A stretch of DNA of 64,000 nucleotides from the human T2T-CHM13v2.0 reference genome, Homo sapiens. A program made the translations under genes and the position numbers. The notes under the pieces were generated by a model. That model saw nothing but the letters and a program-made list of their open reading frames with translations. It had not been told where the DNA came from and made no database searches. Below are positions 44,967-62,898 of the stretch, piece after piece; the first letter of the stretch is position 1, and each line of letters begins with the position of its first letter. The stretch lies in assembly GCF_009914755.1 (NCBI RefSeq), contig NC_060925.1, one strand, 5' to 3'.

Positions 44967-47119
44967 AGCCCTGGCTCCTTTTATTGGAGGGTGGTATTAG
45001 AAGCTAGGGTCTGGGCTCCAGGTGTGCTGGTGCTTCTGGTTGCTTCTGGTTGCTGCTGCTTTATAAGCTCTCAGCTGACAGCAAGAAAACCACATGACAG
45101 CATGTGAACCAATCTATAGATGCCTATCTACTGATCTACAAATATATCTGTATGTAACCATTGGTATCTGTATTATGCTAAACATGTGTTCACACTGACG
45201 TTTCCAGCTCTTAAGCTGTTACATGTCTCCAGCTCTAAGCCATTATCACGTGGATCATTCTAGCCTTCCCCCTTGCCTATCTGTAGCCTCCTACTCCAAA
45301 AATGATAAACTTGGCTCTCAGCATCTGTCATGCATTTATTTAGTTGTTCAATTCCAGTATACATATGTAGCAGTATCAAAATTGTTAACTTATACCCCCA
45401 TGGAAAATAGCCTTGTCAACTAGAGTACAGTGCTTGTGTACGGTTTATTTTGCCTTAGTTTTACAGACTGCATACATTTCCAAAGCCACTTAAATAGCAC
45501 CTTTTTCTTCCATCCACTTTAGTGAGGGTTGTTCACATATGTACCACAGATTGCTTTGTCACATGCTGTATTTCATTCCGGGATTACCCTGACTGCCTAA
45601 ATGATTTTTTTTAAGTTTATATATGTTAAGATTTGCCCTTTGTGCTGTAAATTTCAATGGGTTTTCACAAATGCATAATATTATGTACCCACCATTACAG
45701 TAATGTACAGAATAACTATACCACCCTAAAAATTCATCTATTCACCCATTTAACTATCCTCCATACCTGGAAACCATGGATTTTAAAAAACTATCTACAG
45801 TTTTGCCTTTTCCAGAATGCCATATAATTGTAATAATATAGGATATGCTATTATGTCTCCACTTTCCACTTGAGGACTCTGACCTTAGAACTCATGATTG
45901 CCCACGGTTTCTTGGCTTGTAATTGGTGACGCTAGCGTCAACCCAAGTCTCTGATGTTAAAACAGGAACTCTGAAACTCCCCACTATGCTGCCTATTTTC
46001 CAATGAAATGGGTCCAGGAAGCCATCTGATAAATATTTTCACTAGGTTGTCAAAAATTAACAAACATGCCTCTTTCATTACCTTCGGAGGCCATCTGTGG
46101 GGTGGTTGGGAGTCAGCCTCTGCAGCCATGCTGCCAGAATTTGAATCCTACCTCCTTCACTTCTTACCCATGTGATTTGAACAGGTGGTTTTACTTTTTT
46201 TTTCTGTCTTTCCTGGCTTACTAAACAATTCTTCCTTTTTAGGAATATATGGGAGGAGAGATCTGTGCAATGCAGTTCTACACCCTGGACATAGCAACCG
46301 ACTGAGTCAGGCCAATTAACTTCTCTAGCCTAGCGATTTGAAACCCAGAGCCGGGGCCCTCTGACATGAAGGCACCTTTATATCTTCAGTCTGTAGGGCA
46401 GGTCATAACACCTGCAGCCACAGTTCCTGGGGTGGCCCCAAGTCTGGATGCTTAGGGATTTATTAATTTTTTGAGCAACTCCAGTATCTTAAAAAGAATT
46501 CATCCTTCTCTTCCTTTTGTTGTTGTTCTCCTTTTATTCTTATTTTTAAAATTTAAGCGAGGTAAAATCAGCCCCTCTTGGCTACAGGTACTTTAATTAC
46601 TACAGGAGATCATAGTAGCTACCTCACTGGTCATAAGGGTTAAATAAGATAATGTATAAGACAGTTAGCACAGGGAATGAGGGAATTGTCAGGGAATAAG
46701 TACCTGGTAATTAGTAGCTTTTACTATTATCTAATAATAGTTCTTGATATTTACTTAGTGCTTTCTAATGTGAACCATACACTCCTGTGTGCTTATCTCC
46801 TTGACAATTGGGTGGAAATGGCATCCACATTTTATGGATGAGCAAATGGCCATGCTTTGGGGTTTGCCCAGGGTCACAAAGCTGGCAAGGGACTGAGCCA
46901 GGATCCCCACTCAGGCCCTTCATCATGTCATGTATCCAGGGTTCTCTCCAATGTGCCAGGGTCGTGTGGTTTCCTGGGGGTGTGATGGAGAGGGAGGCAG
47001 CTTCCCTTTCCCATTTTAGGGACAAGAGTGGAGATGGGAAAGTACTTTCCTGGGGACAGAGGATGGAGGTGAAGGTGGTGGATTTCTTTAGTTATGGGGA
47101 GTTAAGTTGGGAATGTTAG

Positions 47120-47437
<318 letters not shown>

Positions 47438-47519
47438 TGGGCCCTGAGTCAGTTTCTGACCTGCCTTCTGAGCTCTGCATGGTGCCTGGGGTCAGCCTGC
47501 TTCTGGCTTCACCACTCTC

Positions 47520-48500
47520 TGTTCTACTGCATTTATTGTGCAAACAGTTGATTGAATGCCTGTTTATGTGCCAAACACTGTGTTAGGGAAGATGAAAGGA
47601 TAGATGAGACCCATTAAGGTCTGCCCTTTAAAAGCTTGTAATATGTTGGAGAAACCAGACATGAAAACAACTAGGTATAACACAACATAATGTCTGAAAG
47701 ATAAAAACAAGTGTTTTCAGAACACAATAATTCACAGAATACCTACACATGCCATAAACTGTGCTAAGGGTTTTCCATGGATTAGCTAATTTAATTTCCC
47801 CATCAACCCTACAAAGGAATTACTGTGGTTGTTCTCATTTCACAGATGGGGAAACTAAGCACAGAGATGTTAAATCACTTGCTCAATCTTTATAAAGATA
47901 GGAATTGTAGAGTTAAGTTCCAGAGCCTGCCCTGTTAATGATGGCACTAAACTGCCTTCCAGAGAAGGTCAGAATGCATAGCTCTTTGTAGGATTGTTGG
48001 TGAAACTTGCAGAGAGGGTATTTTCTGAACTGATATTCAAGGATGAGTAGGAATTTATAGGTGGATAGAAAAGGAATTGTATTCCAAGTAGAGGAAGCAA
48101 TGTGAGTGGACACACAGATGGATGAAAATATATAATGTGTTCAGGGAATGGCTAGTAATCCCAGAGGTCAAGAGTGGCAGGCAGTGGTTGGCTATTACAC
48201 TTAAAAGGTTAAAGCTAATGCCGTAAGCATTGGGGAGCTCTCAGAGGATTTTAAGAAGGGGAGTCTGTGTCTAGATACACTTCAAAAGGGTTCCTGTAGT
48301 AGCAGTGTGAAGGCTGGTTTGGGCATGTGTCAGAATCATTTGAAAGCCAGGAGGGCCTGCTGGAAGGCCTCGCAATAGTCTAGGTGAGATCATGCATCGG
48401 CTTTGGGATGTGGCAGTAGAAGTGCTGGCTTCTTGTGGTTTTGGGGGTTGGTGCTTCACAGAGTGAAGAAAGAGGTGTCACAAGGGTCATTAAAATCCCA
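47520..48500 (-). mobile_element. L2 fragment with nested MIR (~47730-47960)
   Basis: gattgaatgcctgtttatgtgccaaacactgtgttagg; ggatgagtaggaattt; ggaggattttaag-like motifs; MIR core catttcacagatggggaaactaagcacagag. Confidence 0.65.
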
Positions 48501-51488
48501 CTGGTGTGCCTGTTGATATAGGAGGCACCCATCTTACTCTCTAACGGTGTTCTACAAACTAGCCAGGCTGTGAACTGTTCATTACTGTTTGGGCCAAAAT
48601 AAGGGGCTTGCACCAGAATATAAATCAATGCATTGCTTCCATCACGGAGAAAATCTTGGTGCACACACACACACAGTCTACTGAAGCAAAAAGTGTGCTT
48701 AGTGACAAAGTTGATTTGGATTCTAGTGCAAGCTCTTATTTCCTTGCAGCCCACAAACAACATGTGGACTTTCACCAGTCCACAACCATAAATAGAGTAA
48801 TGCTGCTGTATAATCAACGTATCTTACTTGCTCTATACTTCAAATATCTTCTTCTCTACAGCTGAATTTTGTAGATGAAAAAATTATTTTAAAGTTTCAA
48901 CATTTTAAGAGGTTTCTTTTTACTCTACAGGCAAGCCACTTATGTAAAGGACCCATCTTTTAATTTTTGAGTTTTGGAAACTTACATGAGTACTTAACCT
49001 TGATTAATAATTGATAACTCTTTCTGTAGAGATGGGCCAGTGACCTCTTCCTACTCTCCAGCATTGTTAAGTGCTATTGCCTTTCAGACTTCAGATTCTT
49101 TCCAACCTCTAACACTTGGGCCATTATTCCTTCTCCAAGGTTCTCAGAAGTGATAGAGCACTGGAGAGGCAATGAAATCAATGATTTCTCTATCACTTGA
49201 GTGTAAAGTGTAAACTAAATTATCACTTAGCAGCCATGTTATTAAAGGGATTCAAACATTGGTAAAGTGTCTGGACTAACAGACTTTCAAGATTCTTTGC
49301 AACCCCGAGGTTTTCGATTTGTTGGAGGTACAGAACTGGTAAGCGGCAGAGAGCGGCAGCACCTAGGTTTCCTGACCCTTGCTGCTTGCTTCCCTGCCGC
49401 TCCCCTCAGTCCTTCATCAAGAGCTGCAGAACAAGTTCCACTCTCCCTGGAGGATAGGTGCTGTGGGTCTTCATTTAATGGTGGGACCTCTGGAGATTTT
49501 TCTCTCTGCTAATCACCCAAGGATGCTTTACATACTCTACTGAGATCTAAATTTATATTGCAGATGGGCCGATGCTGATGTCTTAAAGTACGTGCTGGGA
49601 AGATAATACCCAATCTCTGGAGAAAAGAGCTTTACATTTCTTTTTACTGAGGGCTGTTCTGTAATTTGGCTCTCCTAACTCTGGCTTGCCCCAACAATGA
49701 GCTACGTAATTGGCCTTAAAGGGACACCCATTGATTTGGACAGGGTCTGTACATACACCAGTTAAACACAGTGCCTCATGCTGGGTCTGTGTATTTCTAC
49801 TGGGCTTTCTTTTCTAAATGTTATTTAATTCCAGAGTTTGCATTAGTGCTTCAGTCAAATATTGTCAGGCTTTGGTCAAAAACCCTTAACTGAAGATCAG
49901 GGTTGGTCATAAAAAGTTGGAAATCGACATTTGCCAATGCCAATTGGCAGACAGTTGGCACTCAAATTGGGGACAGGGCCAGGCAAAAAAAGGTCTTCAA
50001 AAACTGTGCTCCCAAATCCTCTAAAATCCACTGTGGTTGCATCATTGCCCAAACTTACAGCTTAATATGTTGGCTTTGCTGCTTAACAGCTGTGTGAATG
50101 GGCATGTTACTTAACCTCTGTATTTCTCCATCATAAGATAGACATAATAAATTTAAACCCATGGGTTATTGTGAGAATAAATAAGATAATCCATGTAAAA
50201 GATGCTCAGCCTAGTCCCTGGCATATGGCAGGTACTCAAGAAATGTTTAATTTGAATCTGTTGCATGCGCATTCTCCGTTGTAGCCAGATAAGTCTCTCT
50301 GCACCATGAAATGCCATTCTATCCCTGCCTTTATGCTTTTGTTTATGAGCAGAAGGAAAGTATGACCTAATGATTAATAACATGGCCTTTGCTGTCAGGC
50401 ACACCTGGCTGAAGTTTTGTTTTCTCTGTTGCAGGACGCGGGTGAGTTAATTAGCTATTTTAAGCCCCAGTTTCTTCACCGTATAATGGGGGAATAATGG
50501 TACTGACCTTACAGTGTTGTAGTGAGGGTTTAAATGAGATAAAATTTGTGGATGCCTGGTTAAGACAATCATGAGCCAGCTTATTGAGCTCCTATTATGA
50601 GTTGGTCCTGGAGGTAGAGTGGTGAGCACACCCAGCTGGGTCTAATGGATGTATAACCATAAACAGTTACAAGCCTTAAAGTAAATATTTACAAATAATT
50701 ACAAAGGGGCAATGTATGTAAGTGCCAGGTGAGCAGTTAGCAAGGGGGCCCAGCTAGGTCTAGGGGTCACATAAAACTTCTCAGTTACCTTGAATACCAT
50801 ACAGGATGTAGTATTAAAGGTTGACGTGAAGGACAAAGAGGAGGTGACCAGGCCCAGAGCTGGGGAAAGACTGTCCAAGGCAGGGGAATAGCATGTGTGT
50901 GGACTCAGAGACCGGAGAGCATGCGCTCTGTTTTGAAGAGCTGAGAAAAGTCCTGCGTGGGTCTTGTAGGTGTTCAATCAATGGCAACTGTCATTATTCT
51001 AGATTCCCTCTCAGGGTGCTGAATCCTAAAGCAGCTTGAGTGCCTACCTTAAGTCTTTTTCTCTTTTTAATGAAGCTTCCTTTGACTAACTCAGAACTGA
51101 TTCCAATCTACTCTAAAACCTTATAGTATTTTAGTCAGTGCTATATAGATCAACACTTAGTTATATGATTTTAAAAGTTGTTCTTGAAGTTTTATGTATC
51201 TTTCCTGAGTCATCAAATTGATTGAAAATTCACTGAAGAGCCCTGATTTTGTATTATGAGTCTCCAGAGGGCTTAGCACAATGCTGAGTCCACAGTGATT
51301 AACAAATATGTAATGCTTGTTGCAGAAATATATCTTCCACCTAAAATTCTGTAGTGTACCCTGGGCAGTGTTGGGAGGGTGTACACTTGGGACCCAGATT
51401 CGACAACTTAACCATTTTCTATGTGTATAATCTTGGGCAAGTCATTCTTTTTAAGCCTCAGTTACCTTGAATAAAAAATGAGGATAGT

Positions 51489-51673
51489 ACCATAGTTCAT
51501 TTACTGTAAGACTCATTTTCTTTTCTTCACATTTTAACATCTCTAAAACTTGAATGTGTCTTACAATAAATGGCATGTTATAGTTTAATTGGCAGTATTT
51601 TTTTTCTGTGTTGGTGATTATAAAATAATGGTGTGTCTTAAATTCAGTGACATTTTAGGTTTGATGAAATAAA
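51489..51673. mobile_element. MER104-like Tc2/mariner MITE
   Basis: ttcacattttaacatctctaaaact...tcttacaat...atagtttaattggcag...taaaataatggtgtgtctta...ttgatgaaata. Confidence 0.65.
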
Positions 51674-52896
51674 TACAACTTTTACATTTTAGGATGGTTA
51701 TGAAAATTCAAGCTAATTTACACAATTCATTTGTCCACAATTCATTTACCTGATGTTGGCATGACAGTGAAGAGGTAGCTGCAGACAATCAAAATCATTC
51801 CTGTGATCCAGTACAAGCTTTGCTAACTGCCAAAGTTAAAAACTGTTACGGCCGACATGCATGCCAGAACTCAAAAGCCACCTACCTTTAGCCTCAATTC
51901 CTCCAGATGTATTTTGCTACTTTTACACATTGTTAAGTTTTGTGGCATAATGCTTAAGATGTTGGATTTGTTGAGGAGTTCCCACCCTCCTACCCTAGTT
52001 CTAAGCCAATTGAGAAATAAGGTGAAAAACCAACAGATGAAGAATCAAAATGTCACTAAATTCTAGATTGTAGTGTGTAGCTTATATCTATGGTTAAGTG
52101 GGCTCTGTGATACTGAGCCCCAGAATTACCTGTGCATTTAGGGATATGCTGATAGGCTGCTGCTGTGAGGGTGCAAAGGAGAATGAGGATTTCTGTGGGC
52201 AGCCCATTCCAAGGAGAGAGGGAAAGAGCTGGGAGCTAGACTATACATGTCACTCACAGATCATGTAAGTCAGTCTTCAGGCCAGTAAAGAAACTCCAAT
52301 AGGGCCCTGCCCAACTAAAGGGAACTTCTGGGGTGGGGCAGCACCTGGCATAGAGTAGGCTTTTAGTAGATGGTAGCTATTAGGGAAAATCATGGCAGCT
52401 TTTGAGAAGAAAAAGAAGTTATCCCAACCTTCAAAAATACTCTGTTTTTTACATTATGTACCCCTTAAGCAGACCTTTAAGGGCATGTATGTTTGTCTAG
52501 GATTCCTAAGCATTATTTTCATTAAATATTGTTAGTCCAGTGATTACTTGGTTGGTTATGCAGTTCTCAAATCAGGTGGATTTTAAAACATTAATATCTC
52601 AGCAATCTTTAAATACACTATTCAAATTATGTACTTACAGTAAGTCCATAATAATAGGGTGTTGCAAACACAGGAATTGCTATCATAATCTTAAAGATAA
52701 AAATAATTTGAGTAAATAAATTAGGAAGGGGAAAGGCTGATGTTAGTCAATGCCAAAGCTGATTTTGTAGAGCCAGAATGAAAAAAAATATGTGATTGAA
52801 AAATGTAGGCATCTATCTGCAAGACTTTCTAAAAAAAATGCAGATAGTAGTAATAAACTGCATTGCTGGAGAGAGGGGACTAAAATGTGTGTGTGT

Positions 52897-55800
52897 GTTT
52901 TTAAGATTTAACTTTTAAGTTCAGGGGTACATGTGCATATTTGCTATATAGGTAAACTTGTCTCAAGGGGGTTTGTTGTACAGATTATTTCATCACCCAG
53001 GTATTAAGCCTAGTATTATATAGGTAAACTTGTGTCATGGGGTTTGTTGTACAGATTGTTTTGTTGACCAGGTATTAAGCCTAGTACCTGTTAGTTATTG
53101 TTCCTGATCCTCTCCCTCCTCTCACCTTCCTTCCTCTGATAGGCCCCAGTGTATGTTGTTCCCTTCTGTGTGTCTGTGTGTTCTCATCATTTAGCTCCTA
53201 TTTGTAAGTGAGAGCTTGCAGTATTTGGTTTTCTATTACTGCCTTAGTTTGCTAAGGATAATGGCCTTCAGCTTCATTCATGTCCCTGTAAAAGATATGA
53301 TCTTGTTCCTTTTAATGGTTGCATAGTATTCCGTGGTATATATGTACCATGTTTTCTTTATCCAGTCTATCATTGATGAGCATTTAGGTTGATTCAATGT
53401 CTTTACAAGTGTGAACAGTGCTGTAATTAACATACATGTGCATGTGTCTTTTATAATAGAATGATTTGTATTTATTTGGATATATACCCAGTAATGAGAT
53501 TACTAGGTCAAATGGTATTTCTGTTTTTAGGTCTTTGAGGAGTCACCAGTGTCTTCCACAGTGGTTGAACTAATTTACACTCCCACCAACAGTGTATAAC
53601 CATTCCTTTTTCTCCACAACTTCACCAGCATCTGTTATTTTTGACTTTTTAATAATAGACATTCTGACTGGCGTGAGATGGCATCTCATTGTGGTTTTGA
53701 TTTGCATTTCTCAAATAATCAGTGATGCTGAGTTTTTTTTCATATGATTATTGGCTGCATGTACATCTTCTTTTGAAAAGTGTCTGTTCATGTCCTTTGT
53801 CCACTTTCTAATGGGTTTTTTTTCTTGTACATTTGTTTGTATTTCTTATAAATGCTAGATATTAGACCTTTGTCAGATGCATAGTTTGCACAAATTTCCT
53901 CCCATTCTGTAGGTTGTCTGTTCACTTTGTTGAGAGTTTCTTTTGCTGTGCAGAAGATCTTTAGTTTAATTAGATCCTGTTTGTAAACTTTTGCTTTTCT
54001 TGTAATTGCTTTTGGTGTCTTCGTCATGAAATCTTTCCCTGTTTCTATGGCCAGAATGGTGTTGCCTAAGTTGGAGTTTTTCTAGTTTTGGGTTTTACAT
54101 TTAAGTCCTTAATTCATCTTGAGTTATTTTTTGTATATGGCGGAAGGAAGGGGTCCAGTTTAAGTATTCTGCTTGTGGCTAGCCAATTATCCCAGAACAA
54201 CTTACTGAATAGGGAATCCTTTCCCCATTGCTTGTTTTTGTCATGTTGAATATCAGATAGTTGTAGGTGTATGGCCTTATTTCTGGGTTCTCCAGTCTTT
54301 TTGATTGGTCTGTTTTCTCTTTTTGTACCAGTACTATGCTGTTTGGTTACTGTAGCTGTGTAGTACAGTTTGAAGTCCAGTAGCATGATGTGTCCAGCTT
54401 TGTTCATTTTGCTTAAGATTGCCTTGACTATTTGGGCTCATTTTTTGCTTCCATATGAATTTTAAAATTGTTTTCTCTAGTTCTGTGAAGAATGTCAATG
54501 CTAGTTTAACAGGAATAGCATTGAATCTATAAAATACTTTGGGCAGCATGGCCATTTTAACAATATCGATTCTTCCTATCCATGAGCATGGAATGTTTTT
54601 CCATTTATTTGTGTTATCTCTGGTTTCTTTGAGCAGTGTTTTGTAGTTCTCCTTGTAGAGATCTTTCACCTCCCTGGTTGGCTGAGTATTCTTAAGTATT
54701 TTATTATTTTTATGGCAATTGTGAGTAGGATTGCGTTGCCTATTCGGCTCTTGGCTTCACTGTTGTTGATGTACAGGAATGTTAGTGATTTTTGTGCATT
54801 TATTTTGTAACCTGAGACTTTGCTGAAGTTGTTTATCAGCTTAAGGAGCTTTTGGGCTGAGACTATTGGGTTTTATAGATATAGGATCATCTTGTCTACA
54901 AACAGGGATAGTTTGACTTCCTCTCTTCCGATTTTGATGCCCTTTTCTTCTTTCTCTTGCCTGATTGATCTGGCCAGGACCCAATACTGTTGAATAAGAG
55001 TGGTGAGAGAGGGCATCCTTGTCTTGTGCTGGTTTTCAAGGGAAATGCTTCCAGCTTTTACCCATTCATTATGGTGTTGGCTGTGGGTTTGTCATAGATG
55101 GTTCTTATTATTTTGAGGTATATTCATTTAATACCTAGTTTATCGAGAGTTTTTAACATGAAGGGATGTTGAATTTTATGGAGAGCCTTTTCTGCATCTA
55201 TTGAAATAATCATGTTTTTTGTCTTTAGTTCTGTTTATATGATGGCTCACATTAATTGATTTGCATGTGTTGAACCAACCTTGCATCCCAGGGATAACAA
55301 GCCTATTTGATTGTGGTAGATAAATTTTTTGATGTGCTGCTGGATTTGGTTTGTCAGTATTTTGTAGTTGATATTCATCCAGGCTATTGGCCTGAAGATT
55401 CCTTTTGTTGTTGTTGTGTGTCTGCCAGGTTTTGGTATCAGCATGATGCTGGCCTCATAGAATGAGTAAGGGAGGAGTCACTCTACCTCAACTTTTGGGA
55501 ATTGTTTCAGAAGGAATGGTACCAGCTCATCTATGTACATCTGGTGGAATTCAGCTGTGAATCCATCTGGCCCTGGGCTTTTATTGGTTGGTAGGCTATT
55601 TGTTGATTCAATTTCGGAGCTCATTATTGTCTGTTCAGGGATTCAGTTTCTTCCTGGTTCAGTCTTGGGAGGGTGTATATGTCCAGAAATGTATCAATTT
55701 CTTCTAGATTTTCTAGTTTATGTGCATAGAGGTGATCATAATATTCTCTGATGGTTGGTTGTATTTCTGTGGGGTCAGTGGTAATATTCCCCTTGCCATT

Positions 55801-58423
55801 TCTGATTGTGTTTATTGGAACCTTCTCTCTTTTCTTCTTTATTAGTTTAGCTAGTGGTATGTCTGTTTTATTAATTTTTATCAAAAAACAGCTCCTGGAT
55901 TCATTGGTCTTTTGAATGATTTTTCATGTCTCAATTTTCTTCTGCTCAGCTCTGATTTTGGTTATTTCTTGTCTTCTGCTAGCTTTGGGATTGTTTGCTC
56001 TAGATTCTCTAGTTCTTTAGTTGTGATGTTAGGTTGTTAACTTGAGATCTTTCTAATTTTTTGATGTAGTCATTTAGTGCTATAAATTTCCTTCTTAATA
56101 CTGCCTTAGTTGTGTCTCAGGGATTATGCTACATTGTATCTTTGCTCTCATTAGTTTCAAAGAACTTCTTGATTTCTGCCTTAATTAATTTTTTTACCTC
56201 AAAGCCATTTAGGAACAAGTTATTCAATTTTCATGTAATTGTATGGTTTTGAGTGAATTTCTTAGTCTTGATTTCTAATTTGATTGTGCTGTGGTCTGAG
56301 AGATTGTTATGATTTCAGTTCTTTTGCATTTGCTGAGGAGTGTTTTATTTCTGATTATGTGATCAATTTTAGAGTAAGTGCCATATGGCAATGAAAATTG
56401 TTTTTGTGTGGAGAGTTCTGTAGATGTCTATCAGATCCATTTGATCTAATGCTGAGTTCTGGTCCTGAATATCTTTGTTAATTTTCTCTCTCACTGGTCT
56501 GTCTAATATTGTCATTGGGTGTTAAAGTCTCCCACTATTATTGTGTGGGAGTCTAAGTCTCTTTGAAAGTCTCTAATAACTTGCTTTACGAATCTGAGTG
56601 TTCCTGTGTTGGGTGTATATCTATTTAGGATAGTTAGATCTTCTTGTTGAATTGAACCCTTTATCATATGTAATGCCCTTCTTTGTCTTTTTATCTTTGT
56701 TGGTTTAAAGTCTGTTTTGTCTGAAACTGAGATTGCAACTCTTGCTTTTTTCTGCTTGGTAGATTTTTCTCCATCCCTTTATTTTGAGCCTATGTGTGTC
56801 ATTGCATAAGAGATGGTCTCTTGAGGACAGCATATCAATGAGTCTTGGTTTTCTAATCCAGCTTGCCACTCAGTGTCTTTTACCTGGGGCACTTAGCCCA
56901 TTTACCTTTAAGGTTAATATTGATATGTGAGGATTTGACACTGTCACCATAATGTTAACTGGTTATTTTGCAGACTTGTTTATGTGATTGTTTTATAGTG
57001 TGACTGGTCTATGTACCTCAGTGTGTTTTTGTAGTGCTGGTAATGCTTTCCTTTCCATATTTAGTGTTTCCTTCATGAGCTGTTGTAAGGTAGGTCTGGT
57101 GGTAATGTATTCCCTCAGCATTTGCTTGTTTGTAAAAGATTATTTCTCCTTTGCTTATGAAGCTTAGTTAGGCTGGATATAAAATTCTGGGTTGGAATTT
57201 CTTTTCTTTAAGAATGTTGAATATTGACCCCCAATCTCTTTTGGCTTGTAGAGTTTCTGCTGAGAGGTCTGCTGTTAGTCTGATGGGCTTCCCTTTGTAG
57301 GTGGCCTGACCTTTCTCTCTAGCTACCTTTAACATTTTTCCTTTCATTTCAACCTTGGAGAATCTGATGATTATGTGCTTGGGGATGATCTTTAGTATTA
57401 GTAAAAAGAATTTTACTGGGGTTCTCTGCATTTTCTGAATTTGAGTGTTGCCCTCTCTAGCTAGGTTGAGGAAGTTCTCATGCATGATGTCCTGAAATAT
57501 GATTTCCAGATTGGTTGCATTTTCCCCATCTCTTTCAGGGACATGAATATGTCATAGATTTGGTCTCTTTACATAATCCCATATTTCTCAGACATTTTGT
57601 TCATTCATTTTCATTATTTTTCTCTATTCTTGTCTAACTGTCTTATTTCGGAAAGCCAGTCGTCAAGCTCTGAGATTATTTTCTTCACTTGGTCTATTCT
57701 GCTATTAATACTTGTGTTTGCATTATGAAATTCTTGTAGTGTGTTTTTCAGCTCTGTCAGGTTGGTTACTTTTTAAAATATATATATATACTGGCTGTTT
57801 TGTCTGTCAGCTCCTGCATTATTTTATCATGATTTGGAGAGGTGATGCAGTCATTTGGAGGAATGAAAGCACACTGACTTTTTGAATTTTCAGGGTTCTT
57901 GCACTGACTTCTTCTCATCTTTGTGGGTTTATCTACCTTCAATCTTTGAGGTTGCTGACCTTCAGATTTTTTTTTTATCCTATTTGATTATCTTGAGGGC
58001 TTGATTTTGGTATAAGGTGGATTCAACTGACTAGCTTCATTTCTGGAAGATTTTAGAGGGCCAACATTCAGCTCCCAACTCCTGCACTGTGTACTCTAAC
58101 TCTGGGGGACTTCTATTGGGCCCCAGCTTTGTTCTTTGGCTCCCCAAGGTTAGGAATCCACTGCGGTGAAGGGGCCTGAGGTGTGGCAGCTGTGGCAGAG
58201 TGCTAGCAGGTGTCGGGGTGCCTGCCTCCATGTGGGTGTTCACCACAGTGGCAGAAACAATGCAGCTGTTGGGGGAGCTCCTGCTGGCAACTATATGTAT
58301 GGTTGTGCTGGACATGGTGTTGGCTTGGGGGTGGGGTGCTGGCAGATGCAGGCCTGGGTGCCTTCTCTGTGCCCCATAAGCAGGAGTGATTGGTCAGCAT
58401 GGGGGAGGACTGTTGTTCTCTGC
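52897..58423 (-). mobile_element. Near full-length old primate L1 (L1PA11-16 range), ORF1/ORF2 disrupted
   Basis: Antisense 3' UTR (tttaacttttaagttcaggggtacatgtgc); ORF2 peptides ([26 protein letters not shown]; [14 protein letters not shown]); ORF1 peptide (GKPIRLTADLSAETLQAKRDWG); GC-richer 5' UTR at ~58000-58420. Confidence 0.93.
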
Positions 58424-59043
58424 AAAAATGTTTAAAAAAGAAATTGTTTCAAAAATCTATATAAAGCTTTGGATTCTGTAAATCCAAAATTCATTACTGG
58501 TTTATTACTTTACTGGCCAGGGATTATGGCACCAGAAGAGAGATCTGTGGTTCTGACAATAAGCCATGAATGTGGTTTGCCCAGTACATGGTTTAGCTTT
58601 GTTTCTGTATCAGACACGCTAGTTTAATTTACAAATGGAGTTTTGATATACTCAGGACTGTGAATAAGTATTGGGGGGTGGTGTCTGGTGAAAGGCAGAC
58701 AAACCACAGTAGCTCATTTCCTTTTATTGATCCGAGCACAAAGCATTGTTGTTGCATCTTAGAAATTAAAATCCTCATTTACAGAATAGTGTGGTGCAAT
58801 CTGGAAAGATGTTGTTGTGGTCTCTCAGGAGTGAATAATATGAGTTTTTAAACATTCTCCAAGAAAAATTTACATGATTTCAAACATTCTAAAGCATAAG
58901 GATGTACAGTATTTCTTACAGTAGAGGAAACTGCCAAATATTTTGGAAAAATATAAGAAAGGAACTGTACATTGGTAAGAATGCATTTTCAAAGACTATT
59001 TATTTTGTTTGTTTTTAACTGAACAGTTATTCATTGAGAGGGG

Positions 59044-59063
59044 TGTGTGTGTGTGTGTGTGTG
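59044..59063. repeat. (TG)n microsatellite
   Basis: About 10 TG units. Confidence 0.9.
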
Positions 59064-59327
59064 CTGAAGATAGTATTATCCCAAATAATCATATTATATA
59101 GAGGCTACAACTCAGTCTTGCAAACTGCTCTTACTTGCAACTGACAGCTACCTCCCACACCCTCTTGGCATTTCTCTAGTGAAGCTATTGATGTAATTAT
59201 TGCTTTTAGGGTTCTGTATTAAATTTAAAAAACAACTTCTTTTAATTTTGTGCTTAATACAGAAATCCTAAAAAATCATAGAAAAACACAAAGGAAAAAA
59301 ATCCAGCATTAACCACTAACTAAGTGG

Positions 59328-62389
<3,062 letters not shown>

Positions 62390-62507
62390 TTTCAGTGTTA
62401 ATGACTGTTTACATTTTCGTGAATTCTTTCCAATATTTGATATTTATACATATATAATAAAATTATATCTACCTACCTATCTGTCTACCTATCTATCTGC
62501 TTTCTAG

Positions 62508-62898
<391 letters not shown>

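Noticed and set aside
49148-49198. Resemblance to the bacterial tetO operator (CTATCA/TGATAG arms)
   Set aside because: Arm order and spacing differ from tetO and there is no vector sequence; not contamination or a transgene
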